Shown here piece by piece: positions 9,205 through 18,678 of a stretch of 64,000 nucleotides of DNA. The stretch is taken from the NCBI GenBank assembly GCA_023248635.1, contig JAHFED010000015.1, forward strand, positions 25,177-89,176, written 5' to 3'. Made by a program: the position numbers and the translations under genes. Position 1 is the stretch's first letter, and every line of letters begins with the position of its first letter. Source of the DNA: Myxococcales bacterium (GTDB taxonomy: Bacteria > Myxococcota > UBA727 > VGSZ01). The notes beneath the pieces are model-generated. The model was not told the origin of the DNA, searched no databases, and saw nothing but the letters and a program-made list of their open reading frames with translations.

Positions 9205-9582
9205 TCACGGCAGAGGGGTTGTGGGCGCCCATTGCCGCACCAGGGCGAGGAGGTCGTCGATGTCGACGGGCTTGCGCAACCAACCAGCAGCGCCCAGCCG
9301 CGGTGCCACCTGGGCGACGTCGGCGCCGGCGGACAAGATGATGACGGGGATCGACGCCCACGGCGAGGCGCGCAGCGCCTGCAGCAGCCGCGCACCGCCC
9401 ATCACCGGCATCACCAAGTCCACGACCAGCAAGGCGGGCAGGATCGCCGTCGTCGCCAACGTCGACAGCGCCTGCTCTCCATGGGCGGCCGTGATCGTTG
9501 GGTGACCGTGCTCCTCGAGCACCCAGGCCAGGCTTTCACGGCAGTCGCTGTCGTCTTCGACGATCATCACCGACGAGGGCAT
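9205..9582 (-). CDS. Single-domain response regulator (receiver only)
   Basis: MPSSVMIVEDDSDCRESLAWVLEEHGH...LVVDLVMPVMGG...VIILSAGAD...KPVDIDDL is a REC domain. I placed the start at the internal ATG (9582). Confidence 0.7.
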   Translation of the reverse strand: MPSSVMIVEDDSDCRESLAWVLEEHGHPTITAAHGEQALSTLATTAILPALLVVDLVMPVMGGARLLQALRASPWASIPVIILSAGADVAQVAPRLGAAGWLRKPVDIDDLLALVRQWAPTTPLP

Positions 9583-9777
9583 CTCATTCCCCGTCCTCGC
9601 TGTCATCGATGCCGAGGCCCAAGCGGCAGCAGCAACGCGCGCAGACATCCGGGCCAGGACCTCGCAGGCGTCGACGTCGTCGTCGGCAACGACGGCTCGG
9701 CGACGACGCGTCTTGGTGGGGACGATGTCGAGGTGTCGACGTCGGCGCACGATCCGGGACAACAGCATCCCGGGACA

Positions 9778-12057
9778 TCACGCTGTCGATGCTTGGGGCT
9801 GGGCGGTGGTGGCGGCGGTGATCGAGCGCAGGGTCAGCACGAGGATGTTGCCGACGGCAGTGCTCCGTGGCCCGAGCACGAGGTCGCCGCCGACGGCGCG
9901 GGCGATGTCTCGCACGACGTGAAGACCGATGCCAGATCCGCTCCCCGCTCGATCGGCCAGATCGGTGTGAAACTGAAAGGGCGAGAAGATCTCGGTGCGT
10001 TCGTCGTCGGCAACAGGATCGGCGCCGTCGCCCACCAGCACGCGCAGCACGTCGCCGTCTTGTTCGGCGCGCACGGTGATGGCGCCGGCCTCGGTGTTGC
10101 GCAGCGCATAGGCCAAGAGGTTGTGCACGATCAGGTGGATCAGCCGACGATCGCTCGTCAGAGGCGACATCCCCCGCAGGTCGACGTCGACGTCGACGCC
10201 CTTGTCGTCGGCCTGGCTCTGCAACTCGGCCACCACGGCGTCGAGCTCGCCGCGCACGTCGACGGTCTGGATCTCGAGCCGGCACCGGCCGCTCTCGACG
10301 CGGGCCCACTCGATCATGGTGTCGATCAGCTTGACCAGCCGCCCGCTCGCGCGGCGCATGCGGACCAGGCCGTCGGCCGGCGAGTGCGGTGTGCTGGAGT
10401 TGATACCGGGCGCCACCGCGAACTCCTTGCTGCGCTCGAGCATGTGGAGGTGCAGCAACATGGCAGCGAGGGGCGTCTTGAGCTCGTGCGACATCATGCG
10501 CAGGAAGTTGCTCTTCACCCGGTTGGCGCGCTCGGCGGCGTCGCGCTCGATGCTGAGCTCTTGCAGCGCCACCTCGAGGTCGCTCTGGCGTTGGGCGACG
10601 TCGTTGGCGAGCTGCACCAGGTTTTGTTCGTGACGTCCAAGGGCACAGTTGAGGATCGCGCGCGCGTGGTTGGCCGCCACCAGGGCCCGCACGCGCGCCC
10701 GCACTTCGAGGTCTTGAAAGGGCTTGCGCACCACGCCTTCGACGCCGGCCTCGAGCAGGCGCACGACCTGGGCACGATCCTCGGTGGCGGTGAGCACGAG
10801 GATCGGAACGTCGGCGAGCTCGTCATGCTTGCGGAGCTCGTGAATCATCGTCTCGCCATTCATGCGCGGCATCATGACGTCGGTGACGATGAGGTCGGGC
10901 TTGAGCGCGATAGCCTTGGTGAGCCCGTCGACGCCGTCGAAGGCCGAGGCGATGTTGTAGGTGGGACCCAGGCACACCGTGATGATGCGCTGGGTCGCTC
11001 GACTGTCGTCGACGATGAGCACCAGCGGCCGTTCATCGCGCACGACATCGGCGCCGAGCTTCTCCTCCGCTTGGAGCTCCTCGGCGGTGACCTGGGCGAC
11101 GACGTCGGCGAGGCCTGTCGGCCGCGCTTCCTCCTGGGCCACGGTCAGGGCTTCCGGCGCACGGGCGGGAAAGCTCGCATCGAAGACGCAGCCGCTTCGT
11201 CCGGGTGTGCTGCGCAGCAGCAGGGTGCCGCCGTGGAGGCGGCTGTAGTCCCGCGAGGCGCCGAGGTTGAACACCCGGCCGCCGATGTGCCGCCCGGCGC
11301 TGCGATCATGGTGCACGGCACGCCCGAACAGCGCCTCGCCCTGGGCAGTTGCGATGCGCAAGCCGCTGTCGGCGACGCTGAGGGTGACGGTGTTGGCGGG
11401 TTCGTCGCGCTGCAGGGTGCAGCGAATCACGCCCGCCCGGGGCGTGTGTTTGAACGCGTTCAGCAGCAGGTTCAAGAGCACCATCTCGAATTTGGCGGGA
11501 TCGACGTCGACGAAGGCCACGTTGCCAACGTCCTGGTGGAAGGCGATGCCTCGGCGCAGCGCCAAAGAAGCGAAGCTCGCGCAGGACGCGCGTGTGAGCG
11601 CCGAGAGGTCGGTCCGGTGCCGCACGATCGCAAGCTCGTCGCCGGGGAAGGGGTTGTCGCGGTCCGCCACGCGCTCCGACAGGCACTCCAGCGATGCGAG
11701 CAGGGTGCGCAGGTCCCGCTTGGCGCGATCGCTCAGCGACGATGATTTGGTTTCGACGATGAGATGCCGCAGCAGGGGCCGCCAGGCTGCGCTCGCGACC
11801 TCAAAGGCCCCAGCCCGATCGGGAGCGTCCCGGAGGCGACCAACGATGCCTTCGACGCTGACCTGCCACCAGCCCCGCCGGGAGCCCGGCGGTCGCGCTA
11901 CGCAGGCGGCCAAGGCCACGAGCTCCTCGATGCAAGAGGCTTCCAGGGGCAGGGCCAAGTCTGAGGAGAGCACGCGCCGTCCAACGCAAGGCGCGCGCCA
12001 CCAAACCCCGCAGAAAGCGGCAGGCAGCTCGCAAGGCGGGATCGTCGTCGACTGCAA
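9778..12057 (-). CDS. Hybrid sensor histidine kinase/response regulator with two HATPase_c modules (HATPase-REC-HisKA-HATPase)
   Basis: The N-terminal half has N/G boxes (LNLLLNAFKHT, SVADSGLRI) but no obvious H-box. A REC domain follows (LVLIVDDSRATQ...LIVTDVMMPRMNG...PILVLTA). A canonical HisKA is next (RVKSNFLRMMSHELKTPL), then HATPase (HNLLAYALRNT...GSGIGLHVV). The start is uncertain. Confidence 0.8.
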   Translation of the reverse strand: MQSTTIPPCELPAAFCGVWWRAPCVGRRVLSSDLALPLEASCIEELVALAACVARPPGSRRGWWQVSVEGIVGRLRDAPDRAGAFEVASAAWRPLLRHLIVETKSSSLSDRAKRDLRTLLASLECLSERVADRDNPFPGDELAIVRHRTDLSALTRASCASFASLALRRGIAFHQDVGNVAFVDVDPAKFEMVLLNLLLNAFKHTPRAGVIRCTLQRDEPANTVTLSVADSGLRIATAQGEALFGRAVHHDRSAGRHIGGRVFNLGASRDYSRLHGGTLLLRSTPGRSGCVFDASFPARAPEALTVAQEEARPTGLADVVAQVTAEELQAEEKLGADVVRDERPLVLIVDDSRATQRIITVCLGPTYNIASAFDGVDGLTKAIALKPDLIVTDVMMPRMNGETMIHELRKHDELADVPILVLTATEDRAQVVRLLEAGVEGVVRKPFQDLEVRARVRALVAANHARAILNCALGRHEQNLVQLANDVAQRQSDLEVALQELSIERDAAERANRVKSNFLRMMSHELKTPLAAMLLHLHMLERSKEFAVAPGINSSTPHSPADGLVRMRRASGRLVKLIDTMIEWARVESGRCRLEIQTVDVRGELDAVVAELQSQADDKGVDVDVDLRGMSPLTSDRRLIHLIVHNLLAYALRNTEAGAITVRAEQDGDVLRVLVGDGADPVADDERTEIFSPFQFHTDLADRAGSGSGIGLHVVRDIARAVGGDLVLGPRSTAVGNILVLTLRSITAATTAQPQASTA

Positions 12058-12338
12058 AGCGCGGTCGTTTCGCCCGCCGGCCCTGCAAAAGCTGCAGGCG
12101 GCAGGGCGAGCGTCCCGGATCGATCGTCCTTCCGTCGCCGTGGCGCATCGGTTGCTACGGTCTTTTGCCCGGGAGCGGCTTGCAGTGTCGGAGTCCAGAC
12201 GCTGCAGGCCGCTGCTCTGGGGGTTGCTGCAAGACGCTGGCGAAGTCGGCGTCGCTGGAATGTCGTTGCTCCACCGTCGAGCTCATCCGTCGACGTTTGA
12301 CGTTCGAACGCTGCGCGTCCGCTGCGCGAGGTCCGCCC

Positions 12339-12773
12339 ATGCAAGTACAAAGCGACCCTGGCTCTGGATTCCGAATCGCGCTCGCCGAAGACGATCACGA
12401 CCTGCGCACGGGTCTGGCGGCCTTGCTCGAGGCCGATGGCCATCAGGTGGATGCACTGGCTTCGGGAGCGGTGCTCATCGAACATCTGACGGCAGCCATC
12501 CTCGACGTCGATGCCGGTCGGCCTGATGCCATCGTCACCGACGTGCGCATGCCGGGGGTGAGCGGGCTCAGCATCGTCGAAGGCCTGCGGGCCAATGGCT
12601 GGGATGCCCCCATCATCATCATCTCGGCCTTCGCCGACCAAGAGCTGCGAGAGCGCGTGAACCGCCTCGGAGGCGCCGTACTCTTCGCCAAGCCCTTCGA
12701 CCCCGATGAGCTCGGACGCACGCTGAGCCAGATGCTGCGCGGCCACCGCGCTTGCGCCGCGGGAGCCGTGTGA
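12339..12773 (+). CDS. Single-domain response regulator (receiver only)
   Basis: RIALAEDDHDLRTGLAALLEADGH...AIVTDVRMPGVSG...IIIISAFADQ...KPFDPDEL is a REC domain. I placed the start at the internal ATG 12339 (MQVQSD). Confidence 0.75.
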   Translation: MQVQSDPGSGFRIALAEDDHDLRTGLAALLEADGHQVDALASGAVLIEHLTAAILDVDAGRPDAIVTDVRMPGVSGLSIVEGLRANGWDAPIIIISAFADQELRERVNRLGGAVLFAKPFDPDELGRTLSQMLRGHRACAAGAV

Positions 12774-14542
12774 AGAGCGACGAGCTTGGCGTGGCAGCTG
12801 CGCTCCCCCGGCGCATCCTCATGGTCACCAACAATGGGGCGCATGGCGAGCTCTGCAGCCGCATCGAGGCGGCTGGCTTCTCGGCCCGTGGCGTCCGCGA
12901 CGTCGCCGACGTGCCCCAGGTCGTGGCCCAATGGCGACCCACCGTGGTGCTCGTCGACGCCAACCTCAGCGGCGGAGCTGCTCAGGTCATCGACAGCGTC
13001 CGCGCTGTACATGCGGCTGCCGTCTGCGTGCTTCTCGTCGACGCCGCCTGTGGCAGAGCCGTCACCGATGCGCTGCTCTGCAAGGCCGACACCCTCTTGC
13101 CTTGGCCCGTAGACGTCGTCGCCTTGGGGCGCTTGCTGGCACTGACGGAAGCTCCGCGCACCGAGCCGGCAGCGACGTCCCAGCTGCCGACGTCTGTGAT
13201 TGGCAGAAGCGGGGCCATGGCCGAAGTGTGGCGACGGGTAATTCTTGCCGCGCAGACGCGGGCGTCGTTGCTCATCAGCGGCGAGACGGGGGTCGGCAAG
13301 GAGGTGATCGCGCGGGCCGTGCACCGCTTCTCTCCTCGACGACGCGGACCCTTCATCGCGGTCAACTGCGCCGCGCTGCCCGAGACGCTGCTGGAGGCGG
13401 AGCTCTTTGGCTACGAGGCCGGTGCCTTCACCGGCGCGAGCCGCCGTCACAAGGGCCGCTTCGAGCTGGCCCAGGGCGGCACCCTCTTTCTCGACGAGAT
13501 CGGCGATCTGCCGCTGGTGGTGCAGGTCAAGCTGCTCCGCGTCTTGCAGGAGCGCAGCTTCGAGCGGCTCGGCGGCACCGAGTCCATCCCCGTCGACGTC
13601 CGCGTCATCTCGGCGACGCACCGTGACCTCGACGCAGCGAGCAACGCCGGCAGCTTCCGCCTCGACCTCTTCTACCGCCTCAACGTCATCGCTCTCCAAG
13701 TGCCACCGCTGCGCGAACGTCCAGAGGACGTGCTCGAGCTTTGGGACAGCTTCTTGTCCCAGCAGGCGCGAGAAGAAGATCGGAAGCCGCCGCAGACGAC
13801 GCCGGCGGCCCGCAGCCGCTTGTTGCGCCACGATTGGCCGGGCAACGTGCGCGAGCTGCAGAACGCTGCTCAACACGCGCTGACGGTGGCCACCAGTGAC
13901 GTCGTCGACGAAGACAGCCTGCCTTCAACCCTGCTGGCGCCTCGCCGCACCCACGTGATGAGCCTGGTGGGATTGACCCTCAAGGAGATCGAAAGGCTCG
14001 CCATCTTGCAGACCTACGATGCGCTGGGTTCCATCGATGCGACGGCCCAAGCGCTGGGCATCTCCGCGCGCACCATTCACTACCGTCTCCGCGACTACCG
14101 CTCGCAGACGGCGGTCGTCGTCGCCGCCCGAGCCAAGGTGCCGTCGGCGCTGCGGGTGTTGCTGGCCGAAGACGACGACGACCTGCGCGGGGCCCTGACC
14201 GAATTCCTGCGCGGAGAAGGGCTCACCGTCGTCGCCGTCGCTGATGGCGACGCGGCCTTGGCCCACCTGCACGACGTCGGCGATGCCCCGCCGGATCTCT
14301 TGGTCACTGACGTGCGCATGCCCCGCGTCAATGGCATCGAGCTGCTCGAGGGCGTGCGGGCCCGCGGTCTCGGCCTGCCCGTCATCGTGATGAGCGCCTT
14401 CGGCGACGGCGACACCCGCGACCGCGCGCTGGCTCTGGGGGCCACTTCGTTCCTCGCCAAACCCGTCGACATCAACGACTTGCAGCGGGCGATCCGCGCC
14501 CTGTCCCCCGCGGCCTGGAACGACGACAGGAGGTTGACATGA
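12770..14542 (+). CDS. Sigma-54-dependent transcriptional activator (NtrC-like) with an additional C-terminal receiver domain
   Basis: An AAA+ sigma-54 interaction domain is present (LISGETGVGKEVIARAVH...GAFTGA...GNVRELQN), followed by a Fis-type HTH. A complete second REC follows (RVLLAEDDDDLRGAL...LLVTDVRMPRVNG...VIVMSAFGDGD...KPVDINDL). The start is ambiguous; a GTG at 12770 overlaps the upstream stop, and an ATG lies at 12752. Confidence 0.85.
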   Translation: MKSDELGVAAALPRRILMVTNNGAHGELCSRIEAAGFSARGVRDVADVPQVVAQWRPTVVLVDANLSGGAAQVIDSVRAVHAAAVCVLLVDAACGRAVTDALLCKADTLLPWPVDVVALGRLLALTEAPRTEPAATSQLPTSVIGRSGAMAEVWRRVILAAQTRASLLISGETGVGKEVIARAVHRFSPRRRGPFIAVNCAALPETLLEAELFGYEAGAFTGASRRHKGRFELAQGGTLFLDEIGDLPLVVQVKLLRVLQERSFERLGGTESIPVDVRVISATHRDLDAASNAGSFRLDLFYRLNVIALQVPPLRERPEDVLELWDSFLSQQAREEDRKPPQTTPAARSRLLRHDWPGNVRELQNAAQHALTVATSDVVDEDSLPSTLLAPRRTHVMSLVGLTLKEIERLAILQTYDALGSIDATAQALGISARTIHYRLRDYRSQTAVVVAARAKVPSALRVLLAEDDDDLRGALTEFLRGEGLTVVAVADGDAALAHLHDVGDAPPDLLVTDVRMPRVNGIELLEGVRARGLGLPVIVMSAFGDGDTRDRALALGATSFLAKPVDINDLQRAIRALSPAAWNDDRRLT

Positions 14543-15465
14543 CAAAGTTCTTTGCTCTCAGGCGGGGCGGGCAATTGAAGCGACTCGCCAGCATCACTGT
14601 GCTTTTCAGCGCTGCGTCGTCGGCGAGCGAATACCTGCCATTCACCGGATATTTGCCGCCGCTCTCTTTCTCGGCCGAGGAGTATGAAAGCGGCTACAAC
14701 GACTACTGCCGCGACGACGTCGGGCACATCAACACCTATCGGTGTGTCGACAAGGTTATTCGAGAAATGACTCATCGATACGATGACTTTCATGATACCT
14801 GTGATCATCGAGGAGTGTTCGGACTAGTTTACCTGATGACGACGCAGGAATATCAGCGCGCCTCCCTCGAGCCCGGCTTCTTCCAAGATCCCGAGTTCGT
14901 GAACCACGAGGACGTGATCTTCGCCAAGCTGTACAACAGCGCCGCCGACAACTGGTCGGGGGGCAGGCTCGAGTTCGTGCCGCCGGCGTGGCGCGTGGCC
15001 TTCGAGACCTCGCGCGATCGATCCGTCAGCACCACCGGCGACATGCTCTTGGGCATCTCGGCCCATATCAACCGCGACCTGCCCATCGCGCTCGCCACCA
15101 TCGGCCTCGTCGACCCCGCCACCGGCCTCAGCCGCAAGCCAGACCACGACAAGGTCAACACCTTCTTGGCACGCGTCGAGCCCGATCCCGCCATTCAGCA
15201 GTCTTGGGACGCCGACTACTCCAGCGGTTCGTCGACGCCGCACCTGTCGCTCGCAACCATGTCTCTCATCCAGACCTGGCGCGAGGCCGCCTGGCGCTGG
15301 GCCGAGCAGCTGGTGGCCGCCCCAACTGCCGCCGAGCAGGCCATCGTTTTGATGGGCATAGAACGCTACGCCTACGAGCAGGCGATGGCCATCAAGACAG
15401 CCACTCAATACACCGTTTTAGAAAACAGCGGAGATCGCGATGTCTACTGTGCAGTCAACAACTAG
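14539..15465 (+). CDS. Hypothetical exported protein
   Basis: It overlaps the upstream stop as ATGA. It has a signal-like N-terminus and Trp/Tyr/His-rich non-repetitive sequence. Its first ~300 nt are notably lower in GC than the surroundings. Confidence 0.55.
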   Translation: MTKFFALRRGGQLKRLASITVLFSAASSASEYLPFTGYLPPLSFSAEEYESGYNDYCRDDVGHINTYRCVDKVIREMTHRYDDFHDTCDHRGVFGLVYLMTTQEYQRASLEPGFFQDPEFVNHEDVIFAKLYNSAADNWSGGRLEFVPPAWRVAFETSRDRSVSTTGDMLLGISAHINRDLPIALATIGLVDPATGLSRKPDHDKVNTFLARVEPDPAIQQSWDADYSSGSSTPHLSLATMSLIQTWREAAWRWAEQLVAAPTAAEQAIVLMGIERYAYEQAMAIKTATQYTVLENSGDRDVYCAVNN

Positions 15466-16621
15466 CAGACGTGTCCCATCGTCTGAACACAAACCTCAAC
15501 CACGGCCCAACAATGCGGACCTTGCGGCCATCGTTCGTCTCCTCCCAGATGTTGTCTTCAAATGTGAGAAGCGCGCCGACGGAAAGATCTATTGGCTGCT
15601 CAACGAAGGGAAGCTCGCCGAGGAATTCGGCGTGAGCACCGAGCAGGTGCGGGGACGATGCCTCGAGGAGATCTTTCCTCCCGACGTCGTTAAACGCATC
15701 CTGCCCGAGTTCGAGCGCAGCTTCGCCGGCGAGGCCAATGAATTCGTGAACGAGATGCACGGACGATTTTTCTACCATTTTCCACAGCCGGTGTTCGGCG
15801 ACGACGGCGAAGTCACCGCCGTGGTTGGCTTCATTTCAGAGGTCACCAGCCTGAAAGAAGCGGAGGCACAAGTGCAATCGCTGAACGCGGCATTGAAGAC
15901 CCGCGTCGACGAGCTGGCCACCGCCAATCGACAACTTCAGATCGCCAACAAGCAGCTCGAAGCATTCAGTTACTCAGTGTCTCACGATCTGCGAAACCCG
16001 CTGGGAACGATGTCGTTGCTCGTGCAGCAAATGGCGGCGCACCCGGAGCGACTCGACGGCAGAACGCAGAAAGCCGTCGCGGCCCTCGGACGGACCACCA
16101 AGCGCATGGATCAGCTCATCGACGACGTCATGCGGGTGGCCAAGGCCACCGGCGGCGAATTGAAACGTGAGGACGTCGACCTGAGCCAGCTCGCCCGCCG
16201 CGTCGTCGGGGACTTGATCCGGCGGGAGCCAGGTCGGGATGTGCAGATCAGCATCGCCGACGACGCGCACGGTGACTGCGATCTGCGTTTGACCGAAATC
16301 GTGCTGGAGAATCTGTTGGGTAATGCGGTAAAATACACCAGAAAAAACACATCAACCGCCATTTCATTTGGTCAAGTGATGATCAACGGCGAGCTGGCGT
16401 TTTTCGTCGGCGACAACGGCGTCGGCTTTGACCCAAGGGAAGCGGGGCGGCTCTTCGTTCCCTTCGAGAGACTCCACGACGAAACGGACTTCGAAGGCAC
16501 CGGCGTCGGTCTTGCCACCGTACACCGGGTCATCGACGCCCACGGCGGCAAGATTTGGGCGGAGAGTGCCCCTGGGTGCGGCGCGACTTTCTATTTTACC
16601 CTTGGGGGGCAGTCGCGATAG
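15440..16621 (+). CDS. Cytoplasmic PAS-domain sensor histidine kinase
   Basis: A PAS-like N-terminal region is followed by HisKA (FSYSVSHDLRNPLGTM) and HATPase_c (NLLGNAVKYT...DNGVGFD...GTGVGLATV...GGKIWAES). Confidence 0.85.
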   Translation: MSTVQSTTSRRVPSSEHKPQPRPNNADLAAIVRLLPDVVFKCEKRADGKIYWLLNEGKLAEEFGVSTEQVRGRCLEEIFPPDVVKRILPEFERSFAGEANEFVNEMHGRFFYHFPQPVFGDDGEVTAVVGFISEVTSLKEAEAQVQSLNAALKTRVDELATANRQLQIANKQLEAFSYSVSHDLRNPLGTMSLLVQQMAAHPERLDGRTQKAVAALGRTTKRMDQLIDDVMRVAKATGGELKREDVDLSQLARRVVGDLIRREPGRDVQISIADDAHGDCDLRLTEIVLENLLGNAVKYTRKNTSTAISFGQVMINGELAFFVGDNGVGFDPREAGRLFVPFERLHDETDFEGTGVGLATVHRVIDAHGGKIWAESAPGCGATFYFTLGGQSR

Positions 16622-16631
16622 GCACCGGCGG

Positions 16632-17336
16632 ATGAAGAGCCTGTGGTTCACCCTCGTCGCGGCGTCGATCGGCGCTGGTTGCCACTCCGTCGACGGCGCC
16701 CCGCTCCCGCCTCCTGCCGTGCCGCTGGTCACCGAGCTCGACGTCGACGGCCTCCTGGGCTGGTTTGGTGCGCCCGTCCCCGGCCAACCGGCGCTGATGC
16801 CCATCGACGACGCCCGCCGGGTGGTCGAGGATTTCAAAAGCGGCACAGCGTTTCGCGCTTTCCCCGCCGGCAACGCCGAGGAAACGTGGTTCGGCAAGAG
16901 CTACCTCGTCTACGCCGACGGAACGAGCAGCGAGGCCTTCCAATTCCTGCGCTTCAAGAAAGGGCGCGGCCTCGCAGCCGGCGTCGACGCCGCCGCGGTC
17001 TTGCCCTGGCTCGCCTGCACCAACGGCCTTCAGACCGACGGGGGCAGCGAAGAGGCCGACGCCGACGACCTCTTCACGGCCGCCGAGAATGGCGCAGCGC
17101 CGCGGCCCGAGAGCGGGGCCCTGCGCTACGTCCGCGAAGCCGAATGCGTCGACGGCTACGGCGCCATCGTCGCGAGCGCCGGCGTGTCGCAGGTGGTGGT
17201 GCAGGCGGACCGGCGCTGGATGCGAATGAGCGGCAAGCGCTTGCTCCTCATCCAGCGAATCGTGCAGTTCTCGGGCTTGGCGAAGAACCCCAGTCACATC
17301 GCTGGGCGCTACTCGGAACTCTGGAAGCTGCCTTGA
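16632..17336 (+). CDS. Hypothetical lipoprotein
   Basis: MKSLWFTLVAASIGAGC gives a signal peptide plus lipobox Cys. I placed the start at the internal ATG 16632. Confidence 0.55.
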   Translation: MKSLWFTLVAASIGAGCHSVDGAPLPPPAVPLVTELDVDGLLGWFGAPVPGQPALMPIDDARRVVEDFKSGTAFRAFPAGNAEETWFGKSYLVYADGTSSEAFQFLRFKKGRGLAAGVDAAAVLPWLACTNGLQTDGGSEEADADDLFTAAENGAAPRPESGALRYVREAECVDGYGAIVASAGVSQVVVQADRRWMRMSGKRLLLIQRIVQFSGLAKNPSHIAGRYSELWKLP

Positions 17337-17363
17337 GCGCGGGCCCCGCTGGCAAGCAGAAGG

Positions 17364-17456
17364 GAATTCACCGACAGCGCTGCGCGTGTCGGTGAATTGT
17401 CTACAGGTTCATCGCCTGGCGGCGATGAATCGTCTACCGGTTCATCGCCGGTGGCG
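17364..17456. repeat. Double-hairpin palindromic repeat element, copy 1 (one unit plus a partial unit)
   Basis: The sequence GAATTCACCGACA-GCGCTGCGCG-TGTCGGTGAATT (hairpin A), GTCTACAGG, then TTCATCGCC-TGG-GGCGATGAA (hairpin B) is near-identical to copies at 22842, 30804 and 43087. Confidence 0.9.
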
Positions 17457-17473
17457 CAGCGAGATCGCCAGCG

Positions 17474-18676
17474 TCAGCCAAAGGGTCGCAGCACGCCGGT
17501 GGCGACGGCGACGGCGACGACGGCGACGAGGCCCAGCAGGGGGCCCACCGCGAGCACTGCGGCAGGAGCAGGCCGCGGCTGTTTGCCGAAAAGAAAGAGC
17601 GCCAAGCGAACGACGGGCAATGCCGACAACGCCACCCCCACCATCAGACCCACACTGAGCCAGGGCGTCTCGCACACCCTCGCCAGGCTTTGCCGCACCG
17701 CAAAACCCAGGGTGGGCGGCAAACCGCAGGCCTGGGCCGCAGCAAACACAAGCAGACCACAGCGCCAGGGATGACGACGACCCCAGCCCGAAGCGTCCTC
17801 CCACGTCGCCACCGAGCGCGAAAACACCGGAAGGGCTGCGGCGCCGACGGCCAGCCCCAAGGAACCAAGCGCCGCCGTAAAGCTCGCTGCCACGAGGTCG
17901 ACGCCGAGGCGCGCCGCCGCCAGGGGCAAGAGAGCCTGTTGCACCACCAGCACGCCGAGCAGCCGGCGCAAGGACACCTGACCCAGGGCCACCAAAGGCA
18001 AGCCAAAGAGGCCCAGAGCAAGGGCGACGTCGACGGCTCCGTGCTGCCGGCCGACCAGTGCCCCCAAAGGGGGCCCCAGCGCCACCAGGGCCAAGGGAGC
18101 GCTCACAGCCATCGCCGCCGGCGGAGCACCCTGAAAGAGGTCGACCCGGATCCCCTGCAGCGGCGGCAGACCAAGAACCAGGGCGAGGGCCGCCAACAGA
18201 CACGCTCCGCCGGCGGAGCCCTCGACCACCAGCCCCAAGCCCGCCAACAACACCGCCATCAGCCCCAGCAGGCACGCCTTGGCAGCGGCTTCGGCTTCGG
18301 CGCTGACAGGGGTCGGCGGCGACGTCGTCGGCACCCGCATGGCCAACCCCGCGCTCGCCACCGTCCACAGCGCGATCCAGGCCAGCAGGGCGGCCGGCGA
18401 TGGGGTGAGACCCAGCTTCAAGGTTCCCGATCCGAGCACCAGCGCCAGCGCGGCCCGTTCACCGAGCAGGCCCGGCCCCTCGATGAGAGCAAACACCACC
18501 AGTGCGCCAGCAACGGCCAGCGACGTCGGCGTCAAGGCCCACAGCGCCGCAGCGCAGGCGGCGACGACGACGACGACGACCTGGGGCAGGCGTGCGACCC
18601 GCTTGCGCCCGCCAAGGCCTGCACCAGTGGCCTCCAAGCCCAGCGCGACGAGGGCGGCCAGCAGCAGCACGCCCAT
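17474..18676 (-). CDS. Proton-pumping antiporter-like membrane subunit (NuoN/MrpD-like)
   Basis: It is polytopic (>10 predicted TM helices) and Ala/Leu/Gly-rich like the complex I antiporter subunits. I placed the start at ATG 18676, which lies 2 nt after the upstream gene's stop. The N-terminal 298 aa of the six-frame ORF overlap the upstream gene and look non-coding. Confidence 0.6.
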   Translation of the reverse strand: MGVLLLAALVALGLEATGAGLGGRKRVARLPQVVVVVVAACAAALWALTPTSLAVAGALVVFALIEGPGLLGERAALALVLGSGTLKLGLTPSPAALLAWIALWTVASAGLAMRVPTTSPPTPVSAEAEAAAKACLLGLMAVLLAGLGLVVEGSAGGACLLAALALVLGLPPLQGIRVDLFQGAPPAAMAVSAPLALVALGPPLGALVGRQHGAVDVALALGLFGLPLVALGQVSLRRLLGVLVVQQALLPLAAARLGVDLVAASFTAALGSLGLAVGAAALPVFSRSVATWEDASGWGRRHPWRCGLLVFAAAQACGLPPTLGFAVRQSLARVCETPWLSVGLMVGVALSALPVVRLALFLFGKQPRPAPAAVLAVGPLLGLVAVVAVAVATGVLRPFG

Positions 18677-18678
18677 GC

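Noticed and set aside
8548-11745. 1065-aa plus-strand ORF
   Set aside because: It spans three well-supported minus-strand genes (two REC genes and the hybrid kinase). It has no domain signatures and an Arg/Gly/Ala-rich composition.
17386-17658. ORFs translating the palindromic repeat (MSVNCLQVHRLAAMN...), also at 43109-43348 and 43170-43358
   Set aside because: They arise from the repeat sequence itself. Copies are in different frames and orientations, there is no RBS, and the composition is non-protein-like.
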